A stretch of DNA of 64,000 bases from Eledone cirrhosa (taxonomy: Eukaryota). The translations under genes and the position numbers were made by a program. Below are positions 36,101 to 51,100 of the stretch, piece by piece. The notes beneath the pieces were generated by a model that saw only the letters and a list, made by a program, of their open reading frames with translations, searched no databases and was not told the DNA's origin. The number at the start of each line of letters is the position of its first letter. Position 1 is the first letter of the stretch. Location of the stretch: NCBI GenBank assembly GCA_964016885.1, contig OZ024759.1, positions 3,906,001-3,970,000 of the forward strand, written 5' to 3'.

Positions 36101-39100
36101 CATCTTGACTAAATATATTAAGTAGCAAACAAAGCTTACCTGTCTGACAGTTGCTACCTTCATAACCAGCAGTACATCCTCCTCTAGAACACACACCTGT
36201 CTGTTTGTTACATTTACTGTTGTCAACACAGTGACATGTGTTGCCACAGTTGGCTCCAAATTTTCCATTTCTACAGACTGTGGAAATAAAAATATGAGAA
36301 CAATGACAATAACAACAACATATAACACTATACAAGATAATGCTTTCTGATTTAGGCACAAGGCCAGCAATTTTAGGGGAGGAGAAAATCAATTAAATCG
36401 ACCCCAGTGTGTGACTGGTACTTCATTTTATCAACCCTGTTGGGATGAAAGGGATAGCTACCACAATTCTATCATCTATATTATAGCGTTGTCATCTATA
36501 CTATATCTATATCATCTGAACTATATTTGTATCATCTTAATTTCCATGTTTCTAACACCCATGGATATGCCTACAAAGTCAGAAAACAGCACAGCTCCCA
36601 TGACTTTCGGAAACATTTTTTCAAGCTCCGAGTTGCTGAAGCATGGAACAAACTACCTGCATCAGTTGTTAGCTGTCGAGACACTACATCCTTTAAAACC
36701 TCCATGGAACAAACTACCTGCATCAGTTGTTAGCTGTCGAGACACTACATCCTTTAAAACCTCCATGGAACAAACTACCTGCATCAGTTGTTCGCTGTCG
36801 AGACACTGCATCCTTTAAAACCTCCATGGAACAAACTACCTGCATCAGTTGTTAGCTGTCGAGACACTACATCCTTTAAAACCTCCATGGAACAAACTAC
36901 CTGCATCAGTTGTTAGCTGTCGAGACACATCCTTTAAAACCTCCATGGAACAAACTACTTGCATCAGTTGTTAGCTGTCGAGACACTACATCCTTTAAAA
37001 CCTCCATGGAACAAACTACCTGCATTAGTTGTTAGCTGTCGAGACACTATATCCTTTAAAACCTCCATGGAACAAACTACCTGCATCAGTTGTTAGCTGT
37101 CGAGACACTGCATCCTTTAAAACCTCCATGGAACAAACTACCTGCATCAGTTGTTAGCTGTCGAGACACATCCTTTAAAACCTCCATGGAACAAACTACT
37201 TGCATCAGTTGTTAGCTGTCGAGACACTACATCCTTTAAAACCTCCATGGAACAAACTACTTGCATCAGTTGTTAGCTGTCGAGACACTACATCCTTTAA
37301 AACCTCCATGGAACAAACTACCTGCATTAGTTGTTAGCTGTCGAGACACTACATCCTTTAAAACCTCCATGGAACAAACTACCTGCATCAGTTGTTAGCT
37401 GTCGAGACACATCCTTTAAAACCTCCATGGAACAAACTACTTGCATCAGTTGTTAGCTGTCGAGACACTACATCCTTTAAAACCTCCATGGAACAAACTA
37501 CCTGCATTAGTTGTTAGCTGTCGAGACACTATATCCTTTAAAACCTCCATGGAACAAACTACCTGCATCAGTTGTTAGCTGTCGAGACACTACATCCTTT
37601 AAAACCTCCATGGAACAAACTACCTGCATCAGTTGTTAGCTGTCGAGACACTACATCCTTTAAAACCTCCATGGAACAAACTACCTGCATCAGTTGTTAG
37701 CTGTCGAGACACTGCATCCTTTAAAACCTCCATGGAACAAACTACCTGCATCAGTTGTTAGCTGTCGAGACACTACATCCTTTAAAACCTCCATGGAACA
37801 AACTACCTGCATCAGTTGTTAGCTGTCGAGACACATCCTTTAAAACCTCCATGGAACAAACTACTTGCATCAGTTGTTAGCTGTCGAGACACTACATCCT
37901 TTAAAACCTCCATGGAACAAACTACCTGCATTAGTTGTTAGCTGTCGAGACACTATATCCTTTAAAACCTCCATGGAACAAACTACCTGCATCAGTTGTT
38001 AGCTGTCGAGACACTGCATCCTTTAAAACCTCCATGGAACAAACTACCTGCATCAGTTGTTAGCTGTCGAGACACATCCTTTAAAACCTCCATGGAACAA
38101 ACTACTTGCATCAGTTGTTAGCTGTCGAGACACTACATCCTTTAAAACCTCCATGGAACAAACTACCTGCATTAGTTGTTAGCTGTCGAGACACTACATC
38201 CTTTAAAACCTCCATGGAACAAACTACCTGCATCAGTTGTTAGCTGTCGAGACACTACATCCTTTAAAACCTCCATGGAACAAACTACCTGCATCAGTTG
38301 TTAGCTGTCGAGATACATCCTTTAAAACCTCCATGGAACAAACTACTTGCATCAGTTGTTAGCTGTTGAGACACTACATCCTTTAAAACCTCCATGGAAC
38401 AAACTACCTGCATCAGTTGTTAGCTGTCGAGACACTACATCCTTTAAAACCTCCATGGAACAAACTACTTGCATCAGTTGTTAGCTGTTGAGACACTACA
38501 TCCTTTAAAACCTCCATGGAACAAACTACTTGCATCAGTTGTTAGCTGTCGAGACACTACATCCTTTAAAACCTCCATGGAACAAACTACCTGCATTAGT
38601 TGTTAGCTGTCGAGACACTACATCCTTTAAAACCTCCATGGAACAAACTACCTGCATCAGTTGTTAGCTGTCGAGACACTACATCCTTTAAAACCTCCAT
38701 GGAACAAACTACCTGCATCAGTTGTTAGCTGTCGAGATACATCCTTTAAAACCTCCATGGAACAAACTACTTGCATCAGTTGTTAGCTGTTGAGACACTA
38801 CATCCTTTAAAACCTCCATGGAACAAACTACCTGCATCAGTTGTTAGCTGTCGAGACACTACATCCTTTAAAACCTCCATGGAACAAACTACTTGCATCA
38901 GTTGTTAGCTGTTGAGACACTACATCCTTTAAAACCTCCATGGAACAAACTACTTGCATCAGTTGTTAGCTGTCGAGACACTACATCCTTTAAAACCTCC
39001 ATGGAACAAACTTCCTGCATCAGTTGTTAGCTGCCGAGACACTGCATCCTTTAAAACCTCCATGGAACAAACTCCCTGAATCAGTTGTTAGCTGTCGAGA

Positions 39101-42100
39101 CACATCCTTTAAAACCTCCATGGAACAAACTCCCTGCATCAGTTGTTAGCTGTCGAGACACTACATCCTTTACAACCTCCATGGAACAAACTACCTGCAT
39201 CAGTTGTTAGCTGTCGAGACACTACATCCTTTACAACCTCCATGGAACAAACTACCTGCATCAGTTGTTAGCTGTCGAGACACATCCTTTACAACCTCCA
39301 TGGAACAAACTACCTGCATCAGTTGTTAGCTGTCGAGACACTACATCCTTTACAACCTCCATGGAACAAACTCCCTGCATCAGTTGTTAGCTGTCGAGAC
39401 ACTACATCCTTTAAAACCTCTATGCTTCCTGAGATTCGTCAACGCTGCACCTGATGTCCCCCCCTTCCATACACACGCACACATGTATTTCATGACTCAT
39501 ACACTGTTCCTTTTCTTGACATTTAAACATTATTCTATGTACTATACATGCACCTTTGATGAGTTGTAGTGCACCTGAGCATTGTACACAATAATTTCAT
39601 TATTATATTATTTTATACTCCAGTGGTATGACCTAAACTATATATAATCCATACTATATCTATACAATCTATATGATTTCCGTAACATCGATATTATGTC
39701 TATATACTTGCCGATTCTCTACACTCCATACCAATGTTATACTATATATTCATGTGGCTATGATATCCCCTTTATATTGTAAGCACATAGCTTAGTAGTT
39801 AGAGCATTGGCCTTGCAATCGAAAGGTTGTGAGTTCAATTCTCAGACCGGGTGATGTGTTGTTTCCTTGAGCAGGACACTTTATTTCACATTGCTCCAGT
39901 TTACTCAGTTGTAGAAATGTGATGATAGGGACTGGAGTCCATTACATTCCACTGCAAAGTGGTCCTGGAGGTGCCACGGCAAAAAACACCCAATATTCAC
40001 TGTAAATGAGGTTGGTGTTAGGAGGGGCATCCAGCTGTAGAAATCAAGCCAGAATCAGTTTCCGTCCCACCCTTGTAAGCAGGGAAAAGCAGACGTAAAA
40101 TGATGATGATGATGATTGTAACTCCAAAACAGTTTAAATCTACCTGTCTCACAGGTGTTACCTTCATAACCAGCACTACACCCTCCACTAAAACACACAC
40201 CTGTCTCTGTGTTACACCTAGCTGTGTGTTACACCTATTGTCATCTTGACTCAATATATCATGTTAGAAACAAAGCTATACTACACCACTTACCTGTCTG
40301 ACAGTTGCTACCTTCAGAACCAGCAGTACATCCTCTACTAGAACACACACCTGTCTGTTTGTTACACCTGTTATTATCAGCACAGTGGCATGTGTGTTTA
40401 CAGTTAGCTCCAAATTTACCAATGTCACAGGCTGTAATATGAAATGTAATGTAAACAGTTTGAACAATTTCAAGATATAATATTTACAATTATTAACCTT
40501 TTTGATATCAAAATACCTGACACCGATTAACTGTTTTACTCTATATATTTATCTAAAAACTTCCCACTAGAGTGTTATGTAAGAACTTTTGTTAGGTTAT
40601 GTTCCATCCAAAATATTAGTGATGAAAATCTCAGTTATATAACTATAGCCCTTCAAATTCTTCATTATATAAAAATTTGTTTAAAATCGTATGCAATATA
40701 TTTCTTTAGTAATATGGTAATGAAAGGATTAATGACATAGACAGTGTCTTTAAGTAGAAATATGGTAATGAAATGGTTAATGATATAGACAGTGTCTTTA
40801 AGTAGAGATATGGTAATGAAGGGATTAATGACATAGACAGTGTCTTTAAGTAGAGATATGTAATGAAAGGTTTAATGACATAGACAGTGTCTTTAAGTAG
40901 AAATATGGTAATGAAAGGGTTAATGATATAGACAGTGTCTTTAAGTAGAAATATGTAACGAAAGGATTAATGACATAGACAGTGTCTTTAAGTAGAGATA
41001 TGTAATGAAAGGGTTAATGACATAGACAGTGTCTTTAAGTAGAGATATGGTAATGAAAGGGTTAATGACATAGACAGTGTCTTTAAGTAGAAATATGGTA
41101 ATGAAAGGGTTAATGATATAGGTAGTGTCTTTAAGTAGAAATATGGTAATGAAAGGTTTAATGACATAGACGGTGTATTTAAGTAGAGATATGTAATGAA
41201 AGGTTTAATGACATAGACAGTGTCTTTAAGTAGAGATATGTAATGAAAGGATTAATGACATAGACGGTGTCTTTAAGTAGAGATATGTAATGAAAGGGTT
41301 AATGACATAGACAGTGTCTTTAAGTAGAAATATGTAATGAAAGGATTAATGACATAGACGGTGTCTTTAAGTAGAGATATGTAATGAAAGGGTTAATGAC
41401 ATAGACAGTGTCTTTAAGTAGAAATATGGTAATGAAAGGGTTAATGACATAGACAGTGTCTTTAAGTAGAGATATGTAATGAAAGGGTTAATGACATAGA
41501 CAGTGTCTTTAAGTAGAAATATGGCAATGAAAGGGTTAATGACATAGACAGTGTCTTTAAGTAGAGATATGTAATGAAAGGGTTAATGACATAGACAGTG
41601 TCTTTAAGTAGAAATATGGTAATGAAAGGGTGAATGACATAGACAGTGTCTTTAAGTAGAGATATGTAATGAAAGGTTTAATGACATAGACAGTGTCTTT
41701 AAGTAGAGATATGTAATGAAAGTTTTAATGACATGTCTTTAAGTAGAAATATGGTAATGAAAGAGTTAATGACATAGACAGTGTCTTTCATTAGAAATAT
41801 GGTAATGAAAGGGTTAATGATATAGACAGTGTCTTTCATTAGAAATATGGTAATGAAAGGGTTAATGATATAGACAGTGTCTTTCATTAGAAATATGGTA
41901 ATGAAGGGGTTAATGACATAGACTGTGTCTTTCATTAGAAATATGGTAATTAAAGGGTTAATGACATAGACAGTGTCTTTCATTAGAAATATGGTAATGA
42001 AAGGGTTAATCACATAGACGGTGTCTTTAAGTAGAGATATGTAATGAAAGGGTTAATGATATAGACAGTGTCTTTAAGTAGAGATATGTAATGAAAGGGT

Positions 42101-45100
42101 TAATGATATAGACAGTGTCTTTAAGTAGAGATATGGTAATGAAAGGGTTAATGACATAGACAGTGTCTTTAAGTAGAGATATGTAATGAAAGGATTAATG
42201 ACATAGACGGTGTCTTTAAGTAGAGATATGTAATGAAAGGGTTAATGATATAGACAGTGTCTTTAAGTAGAGATATGGTAATGAAAGGGTTAATGACATA
42301 GACAGTGTCTTTAAGTAGAGATATGTAATGAAAGGGTTAATGACATAGACAGTGTCTTTAAGTAGAAATATGGTAATGAAAGGGTTAATGACATAGACAG
42401 TGTCTTTAAGTAGAGATATGTAATGAAAGGTTTAATGATATAGACAGTGTCTTTAAGTAGAAATATGGTAATGAAAGGGTTAATGACATAGACAGTGTCT
42501 TTAAGTAGAGATATGTAATGAAAGTTTTAATGACATGTCTTTAAGTAGAAATATGGTAATGAAAGAGTTAATGACATAGACAGTGTCTTTCATTAGAAAT
42601 ATGGTAATGAAAGGGTTAATGATATAGACAGTGTCTTTCATTAGAAATATGGTAATGAAAGGGGTAATGACATAGACAGTGTCTTTAAGTAGAAATATGG
42701 TAATGAAAGGATTAATGACATAGACAGTGTCTTTCATTAGAAATATGGTAATGAAAGATTATATGATATAGACAGTGTCTTTAAGTAGAGATATGGTAAT
42801 GAAAGGATTAATGACATAGACAGTGTATTTAAGTAGAAACTTGGTAATGAAAAGTTTAATGACATAGAGTCTATGTCATTAAGCCTTAATCCAAATATTC
42901 AATTACTTTCAATCAAGAAACAAATGCAAATATCCGACTAACTTGAATTTTCCCTCGGATTTTAAAATTATTTTACGTATTTTTTCTATATTAGTTTTTT
43001 GAACTTAATATTATTATTTTTCTATTGTATTTCTTTATAATTATGTGAAGGCAAAAATATTTTATATTGTAACTTTTTATGTTAAATAATAAATGACTAT
43101 AAAACTATACAAATTTTATATACTATATATTATAATAATTTCACAAAAGTCGCATTTATAGGTATATCAACTTATGCGGCCTCCTTTATTACTGCCTAAT
43201 TTAAATGTGGCCTCTAATGGTAAAAAGGTTCCTCTCCTCTGACATAGACAGTGTCTTTCATTAGAAATATGGTAATGAAAGGGTTAATGACATAGACAGT
43301 CTCTTTAAGTAGAGATATGTAATGAAAGGGTTAATGATATAGACAGTGTCTTTAAGTAGAAATATGGTAATGAAAGGGTTAATGAGATAGACAGTTTCTT
43401 TAAGTAGAGATATGTAATGAAAGTTTTAATGACATGTCTTTAAGTAGAAATATGGTAATGAAAGAGTTAATGACATAGACAGTGTCTTTCATTAGAAATA
43501 TGGTAATGAAAGGGTTAATGATATAGACAGTGTCTTTCATTAGAAATATGGTAATGAAAGGGGTAATGACATAGACAGTGTCTTTAAGTAGAAATATGGT
43601 AATGAAAGGATTAATGACATAGACAGTGTCTTTCATTAGAAATATGGTAATGAAAGATTAAATGATATAGACAGTGTCTTTAAGTAGAGATATGGTAATG
43701 AAAGGATTAATGACATAGACAGTGTCTTTAAGTAGAAACTTGGTAATGAAAAGTTTAATGACATAGAGTCTATGTCATTAAACCTTAATCCAAATATTCA
43801 ATTACTTTCAAGCAAGAAACAAATGCAAATATCCGATTAACTTGAATTTTCCCTCGGATTTTAAAATTATTTTACGTATTTTTTCTATATTAGTTTTTTG
43901 AACTTAATATTATTATTTTTCTATTGTATTTCTTTATAATTATGTGAAGGCAAAAATATTTTATATTGTAACTTTTTATGTTAAATAATAAATGACTATA
44001 AAACTATACAAATTTTATATACTATATATTATAATAATTTCACAAAAGTCGCATTTATAGGTATATCAACTTATGCGGCCTCCTTTATTACTGCCTAATT
44101 TAAATGTGGCCTCTAAAGGTAAAAAGGTTCCTCTCCTCTGACATAGACAGTGTCTTTCATTAGAAATATGGTAATGAAAGGGTTAATGACATAGACAGTG
44201 TCTTTCATTAGAAATATGGTAATGAAAGGGTTAATGACATAAACAGTGTCTTTTATTAGAAATGTGGTAATGAAAGGGTTAATTACTACACCATATACCT
44301 GTCTGACAGTTGCTACCTTCATAACCAGCAGCACATCCTCCACTAGAACACACACCTGTCTGTTTGTTACATTTACTGTTGTCAGCACAGTGACATGTGT
44401 TGCCACAGTTGGCTCCAAATTTACCTGATTTACAGACTGGAAATAAAATATGAGAACAATGACAATTATAACAACATTTACACTATACAAGATAATAAAT
44501 ATCACAATATTATATCATCTATATTATAGTGTTGTCATCTATACCAGAGGTCGGCATCCTTTTGGGGCGTGCGGGCCACATTGCTATGGAGTGTCACACA
44601 GGCAGGCCACATTTCTATGCAGTGTCTCACTGGCAGGCCACATTGTTACGAAGTGTCTTCTCAGTTGCTCACATTGTTATACAGTGTCTTGTCAGCAGGC
44701 CACATAGCTATGGAGTGTCTTGTCAGCAGGCCACATAGCTATGGAGTGTCTTGTCAGCAGGCCACATAGCTATGGAGTGCCTTGTCAGCAGGCCACATAG
44801 CTGTACAGTGTCTTGTCAGCAGGCCACATAGCTATGCAGTGTCTTGTCAGCAGGCCACATTTCTATAGAGTGTCTTGTCAGCAGGCCACATAGCTATGGA
44901 GTGTCTTGTCAGCAGGCCACATTGTTACGAAGTGTCTTGTCAGTTGCTCACATTGCAATACAGTGTCTTGTCAGCAGGCCACATAGCTATGGAGTGTCTC
45001 ACCAGCAGGCCACATTGCTATACAGTGTCTTGTCAGCAGGCCACATAGCTATACAGTGTCTTGTCAGCAGGCCATATTGCTATGGAGTGTCTCACGAGCA

Positions 45101-48100
45101 GGCCACATAGCTATGGAGTGTCTTGTCAGCAGGCCACATTGCTATAGAGTGTCTTGTCAGCAGGCCACATAGCTATGGAGTGTCTCACCAGCAGGCCACA
45201 TTGCTATGCAGTGTCTCACCATCAGGCCACATAGCTATGCAGTGTCTCACCAGCAGGCCACATAGCTATGCAGTGTCTCACCAGCAGGCCACATTGCTAT
45301 GCAGTGTCTTGTCAGCAGGCCATATTGCTATGTAGTGTCTCACCAGCAGGCCACATAGCTATGTAGTGTCTCGTCAGCAGGCCACATAGCTATGGAGTGT
45401 CTTGTCGGCAGACCACATAGCTATGCAGTGTCTCACTAGCAGGCCACATAGCTATGCAGTGTCTCACCAGCAGGCCACATTGCTATGTAGTGTCTCACCA
45501 GCAGGCCACATTGCTATGTAGTGTCTCACCAGCAGGCCACATTGCTATGTAGTGTCTTGTCAGCAGGCCACATAGCTATGTAGTGTCTCGTCAACAGGCC
45601 ACATAGCTATGTAGTGTCTCACCAGCAGGCCACATTGCTATGTAGTGTCTCACCAGCAGGCCACATTGCTATGTGGTGTCTCACCAGCAGGCCACATTGC
45701 TATGTAGTGTCTTGTCAGCAGGCCACATAGCTATGTAGTGTCTCGTCAGCAGGCCACATAGCTATGGAGTGTCTTGTCGGCAGGCCACATCGCTATGGAG
45801 TGTCTCACCAGCAGGCCACATAGCTATGGAGTATCTCACCAGCAGGCCACATTGTTACGAAGTGTCTTGTCAGTTGCTCACATTGCAATACAGTGTCTTG
45901 TCAGCAGGCCACATAGCTATGGAGTGTCTTGTCAGCAGGCCACATAGCTATGGAGTGTCTCACCAGCAGGCCACATTGCTATACAGTGTCTTGTCAGCAG
46001 GCCACATAGCTATGGAGTGTCTTGTCAGCAGGCCACATAGCTATGGAGTGTCTCACCAGCAGGCCACATTGCTATACAGTGTCTTGTCAGCAGGCCACAT
46101 AGCTATACAGTGTCTTGTCAGCAGGCCATATTGCTATGGAGTGTCTCACCAGCAGGCCACATAGCTATGGAGTGTCTTGTCAGTGGGCCACATAGCTATG
46201 GAGTGTTTCACCAGCAGGCCACATAGCTATGCAGTGTCTTGTCAGCAGGCCACATACAGTGTCTTGTCAGAAGGCCATATTGCTATGCAGTGTCTTGTCA
46301 GCAGGCCACATTGCTATAGAGTGTCTTGTCAGCAGGCCACATAGCCATGGAGTGTCTCACCAGCAGGCCACATTGCTATGCAGTGTCTCACCAGCATGCC
46401 ACATAGCTATGTAGTGTCTTGTAAACAGGCCACATAGCTATGCAGTGTCTCACCAGCAGGCCACATAGCTATGCAGTGTCTCACCAGCAGGCCACATTGC
46501 TATGCAGTGGCTCACCAGCAGGCCACATTGCTATGTAGTGTCTCACCAGCAGGCCACATTGCTATGTAGTGTCTCACCAGCAGGCCACATTGCTATGTAG
46601 TGTCTTGTCAGCAGGCCATATTGCTATGCAGTTTCTCACCAGCAGGCCACATAGCTATGTAGTGTCTTGTCAGCAGGCCACATAGCTATGCAGTGTCTCA
46701 CCAGCAGGCCACATTGCTATGCAGTGTCTCACCAGCAGGCCACATTGCTATGCAGTGTCTTGTCAGCAGGCCATATTGCTATGTAGTGTCTCACCAGCAG
46801 GCCACATAGCTATGTAGTGTCTCGTCAGCAGGCCACATAGCTATGGAGTGTCTCACCAGCAGGCCACATAGCTATGCAGTGTCTCACCAGCAGGCCACAT
46901 AGCTATGCAGTGTCTCACCAGCAGGCCACATAGCTATGGAGTATCTCACCAGCAGGCCACATTGTTACGAAGTGTCTTGTCAGTTGCTCACATTGCAATA
47001 CAGTGTCTTGTCAGCAGGCCACATAGCTATGGAGTGTCTTGTCAGCAGGCCACATAGCTATGGAGTGTCTCACCAGCAGGCCACATTGCTATACAGTGTC
47101 TTGTCAGCAGGCCACATAGCTATGGAGTGTCTTGTCAGCAGGCCACATAGCTATGGAGTGTCTCACCAGCACGCCACATTGCTATACAGTGTCTTGTCAG
47201 CAGGCCACATAGCTATACAGTGTCTTGTCAGCAGGCCATATTGCTATGGAGTGTCTCACCAGCAGGCCACATAGCTATGGAGTGTCTTGTCAGCGGGCCA
47301 CATAGCTATGGAGTGTTTCAGCAGCAGGCCACATAGCTATGCAGTGTCTTGTCAGCAGGCCACATACAGTGTCTTGTCAGCAGGCCATATTGCTATGCAG
47401 TGTCTTGCCAGCAGGCCACATTGCTATAGAGTGTCTTGTCAGCAGGCCACATAGCCATGGAGTGTCTCACCAGCAGGCCACATTGCTATGCAGTGTCTCA
47501 CCAGCATGCCACATAGCTATGTAGTGTCTTGTAAACAGGCCACATAGCTATGCAGTGTCTCACCAGCAGGCCACATTGCTATGCAGTGTCTCACCAGCAG
47601 GCCACATTGCTATGTAGTGTTTCACCAGCAGGCCACATTGCTATGTAGTGTCTCACCAGCAGGCCACATAGCTATGCAGTGTCTCACCAGCAGGCCACAT
47701 TGCTATGCAGTGTCTTGTCAGCAGGCCATATTGCTATGTAGTGTCTCACCAGCAGGCCACATAGCTATGTAGTGTCTCGTCAGCAGGCCACATAGCTATG
47801 GAGTGTCTTGTCGGCAGGCCACATAGCTATGCAGTGTCTCACCAGCAGGCCACATAGCTATGGAGTGTCTCACCAGCAGGCCACATAGCTATGGAGTGTC
47901 TCACCAGCAGGCCACATTGCTATGCAGTTTCTCACCAGCAGGCCACATTGCTATGTAGTGTCTCACCAGCAGGCCACATTGCTATGCAGTTTCTCACCAG
48001 CAGGCTACATAGCTATGTAGTGTCTCACCAGCAGGCCACATAGCTATGTAGTGTCTCACCAGCAGGCCACATAGCTATGTAGTGTCTCACCAGCAGGCCA

Positions 48101-51100
48101 CATAGCTATGTAGTATCTCGTCAGCAGGCCACATAGCTATGGAGTGTCTTGTCGGCAGGCCACATAGCTATGGAGTGTCTCACCAGCAGGCCACATAGCT
48201 ATGTAGTGTCTCGTCAACAGGCCACATAGCTATGGAGTGTCTTGTCAGCAGGCCACATAGCTATGCAGTGTCTCACCAGCAGACCACATAGCTATGCAGT
48301 GTCTCACCAGCAGGCCACATTGCTATGCAGTGTCTTGTCAGCAGGCCATATTGCTATGTAGTGTCTCACCAGCAGGCCACATAGCTATGTAGTGTCTCGT
48401 CAGCAGGCCACATAGCTATGGAGTGTCTTGTCGGCAGACCACATAGCTATGCAGTGTCTCACTAGCAGGCCACATAGCTATGCAGTGTCTCACCAGCAGG
48501 CCACATTGCTATGTAGTGTCTCACCAGCAGGCCACATTGCTATGTAGTGTCTCACCAGCAGGCCACATTGCTATGTAGTGTCTTGTCAGCAGGCCACATA
48601 GCTATGTAGTGTCTCGTCAACAGGCCACATAGCTATGTAGTGTCTCACCAGCAGGCCACATTGCTATGTAGTGTCTCACCAGCAGGCCACATTGCTATGT
48701 AGTGTCTCACCAGCAGGCCACATTGCTATGTAGTGTCTTGTCAGGAGGCCACATAGCTATGTAGTGTCTCGTCAGCAGGCCACATAGCTATGGAGTGTCT
48801 TGTCGGCAGGCCACATAGATATGGAGTGTCTCACCAGCAGGCCACATAGCTATGGAGTATCTCACCAGCAGGCCACATTGTTACGAAGTGTCTTGTCAGT
48901 TGCTCACATTGCAATACAGTGTCTTGTCAGCAGGCCACATAGTTATGGAGTGTCTTGTCAGCAGGCCACATAGCTATGGAGTGTCTCACCAGCAGGCCAC
49001 ATTGCTATACAGTGTCTTGTCAGCAGGCCACATAGCTATGGAGTGTCTTGTCAGCAGGCCACATAGCTATGGAGTGTCTCACCAGCAGGCCACATTGCTA
49101 TACAGTGTCTTGTCAGCAGGCCACATAGCTATACAGTGTCTTGTCAGCAGGCCATATTGCTATGGAGTGTCTCACCAGCAGGCCACATAGCTATGGAGTG
49201 TCTTGTCAGCGGGCCACATAGCTATGGAGTGTTTCACCAGCAGGCCACATAGCTATGCAGTGTCTTGTCAGCAGGCCACATACAGTGTCTTGTCAGCAGG
49301 CCATATTGCTATGCAGTGTCTTGTCAGCAGGCCACATTGCTATAGAGTGTCTTGTCAGCAGGCCACATAGCCATGGAGTGTCTCACCAGCAGGCCACATT
49401 GCTATGGAGTGTCTCACCAGCAGGCCACATAGCTATGCAGTGTCTCACCAGCAGGCCACATTGCTATGCAGTGTCTCACCAGCAGGCCACATTGCTATGT
49501 AGTGTCTCACCAGCAGGCCACATTGCTATGTAGTGTCTCACCAGCAGGCCACATTGCTATGTAGTGTCTTGTCAGCAGGCCATATTGCTATGCAGTTTCT
49601 CACCAGCAGGCCACATAGCTATGTAGTGTCTTGTCAGCAGGCCACATAGCTATGCAGTGTCTCACCAGCAGGCCACATTGCTATGCAGTGTCTCACCAGC
49701 AGGCCACATTGCTATGCAGTGTCTTGTCAGCAGGCCATATTGCTATGTAGTGTCTCACCAGCAGGCCACATAGCTATGTAGTGTCTCGTCAGCAGGCCAC
49801 ATAGCTATGGAGTGTCTTGTCGGCAGGCCACATAGCTATGCAGTGTCTCACCAGCAGGCCACATAGCTATGCAGTGTCTCACCAGCAGGCCACATAGCTA
49901 TGGAGTGTCTCACCAGCAGGCCACATAGCTATGGAGTGTCTCACCAGCAGGCCACATTGCTATGCAGTTTCTCACCAGCAGGCCACATTGCTATGTAGTG
50001 TCTCACCAGCAGGCCACATTGCTATGCAGTTTCTCACCAGCAGGCTACATAGCTATGTAGTGTCTCACCAGCAGGCCACATAGCTATGTAGTGTCTCACC
50101 AGCAGGCCACATAGCTATGTAGTGTCTCACCAGCAGGCCACATAGCTATGTAGTGTCTCACCAGCAGGCCACATAGCTATGTAGTGTCTCGTCAGCAGGC
50201 CACATAGCTATGGAGTGTCTCACCAGCAGGCCACATAGCTATGTAGTGTCTCGTCAGCAGGCCACATAGCTATGGAGTGTCTTGTCAGCAGGCCACATTG
50301 CTATAGAGTGTCTTGTCAGCAGGCCACATAGCTATGGAGTGTCTCACCAGCAGGCCACATTGCTATGCAGTGTCTCACCAGCAGGCCACATAACTATGCA
50401 GTGTCTCACCAGCAGGCCACATAGCTATGCAGTGTCTCACCAGCAGGCCACATTGCTATGCAGTGTCTTGTCAGCAGGTCATATTGCTATGTAGTGTCTC
50501 ACCAGCAGGCCACATAGCTATGTAGTGTCTCGTCAGCAGGCCACATAGCTATGGAGTGTCTCGTCGGCAGACCACATAGCTATGCAGTGTCTCACTAGCA
50601 GGCCACATAGCTATGCAGTGTCTCACCAGCAGGCCACATTGCTATGTAGTGTCTCACCAGCAGGCCACATTGCTATGTAGTGTCTCACCAGCAGGCCACA
50701 TTGCTATGTAGTGTCTTGTCAGCAGGCCACATAGCTATGTAGTGTCTCGTCAACAGGCCACATAGCTATGTAGTGTCTCACCAGCAGGCCACATTGCTAT
50801 GTAGTGTCTCACCAGCAGGCCACATTGCTATGTGGTGTCTCACCAGCAGGCCACATTGCTATGTAGTGTCTTGTCAGCAGGCCACATAGCTATGTAGTGT
50901 CTCGTCAGCAGGCCACATAGCTATGGAGTGTCTTGTCGGCAGGCCACATCGCTATGGAGTGTCTCACCAGCAGGCCACATAGCTATGGAGTATCTCACCA
51001 GCAGGCCACATTGTTACGAAGTGTCTTGTCAGTTGCTCACATTGCAATACAGTGTCTTGTCAGCAGGCCACATAGCTATGGAGTGTCTTGTCAGCAGGCC

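Noticed and set aside
34343-39420. Repetitive protein ORFs ([12 protein letters not shown]..., [13 protein letters not shown]..., WNKLPASVV...)
   Set aside because: They arise from the 54-bp and 61-bp minisatellites, are interrupted by stops, and the 54-mer shifts out of the parental EGF frame after GY.
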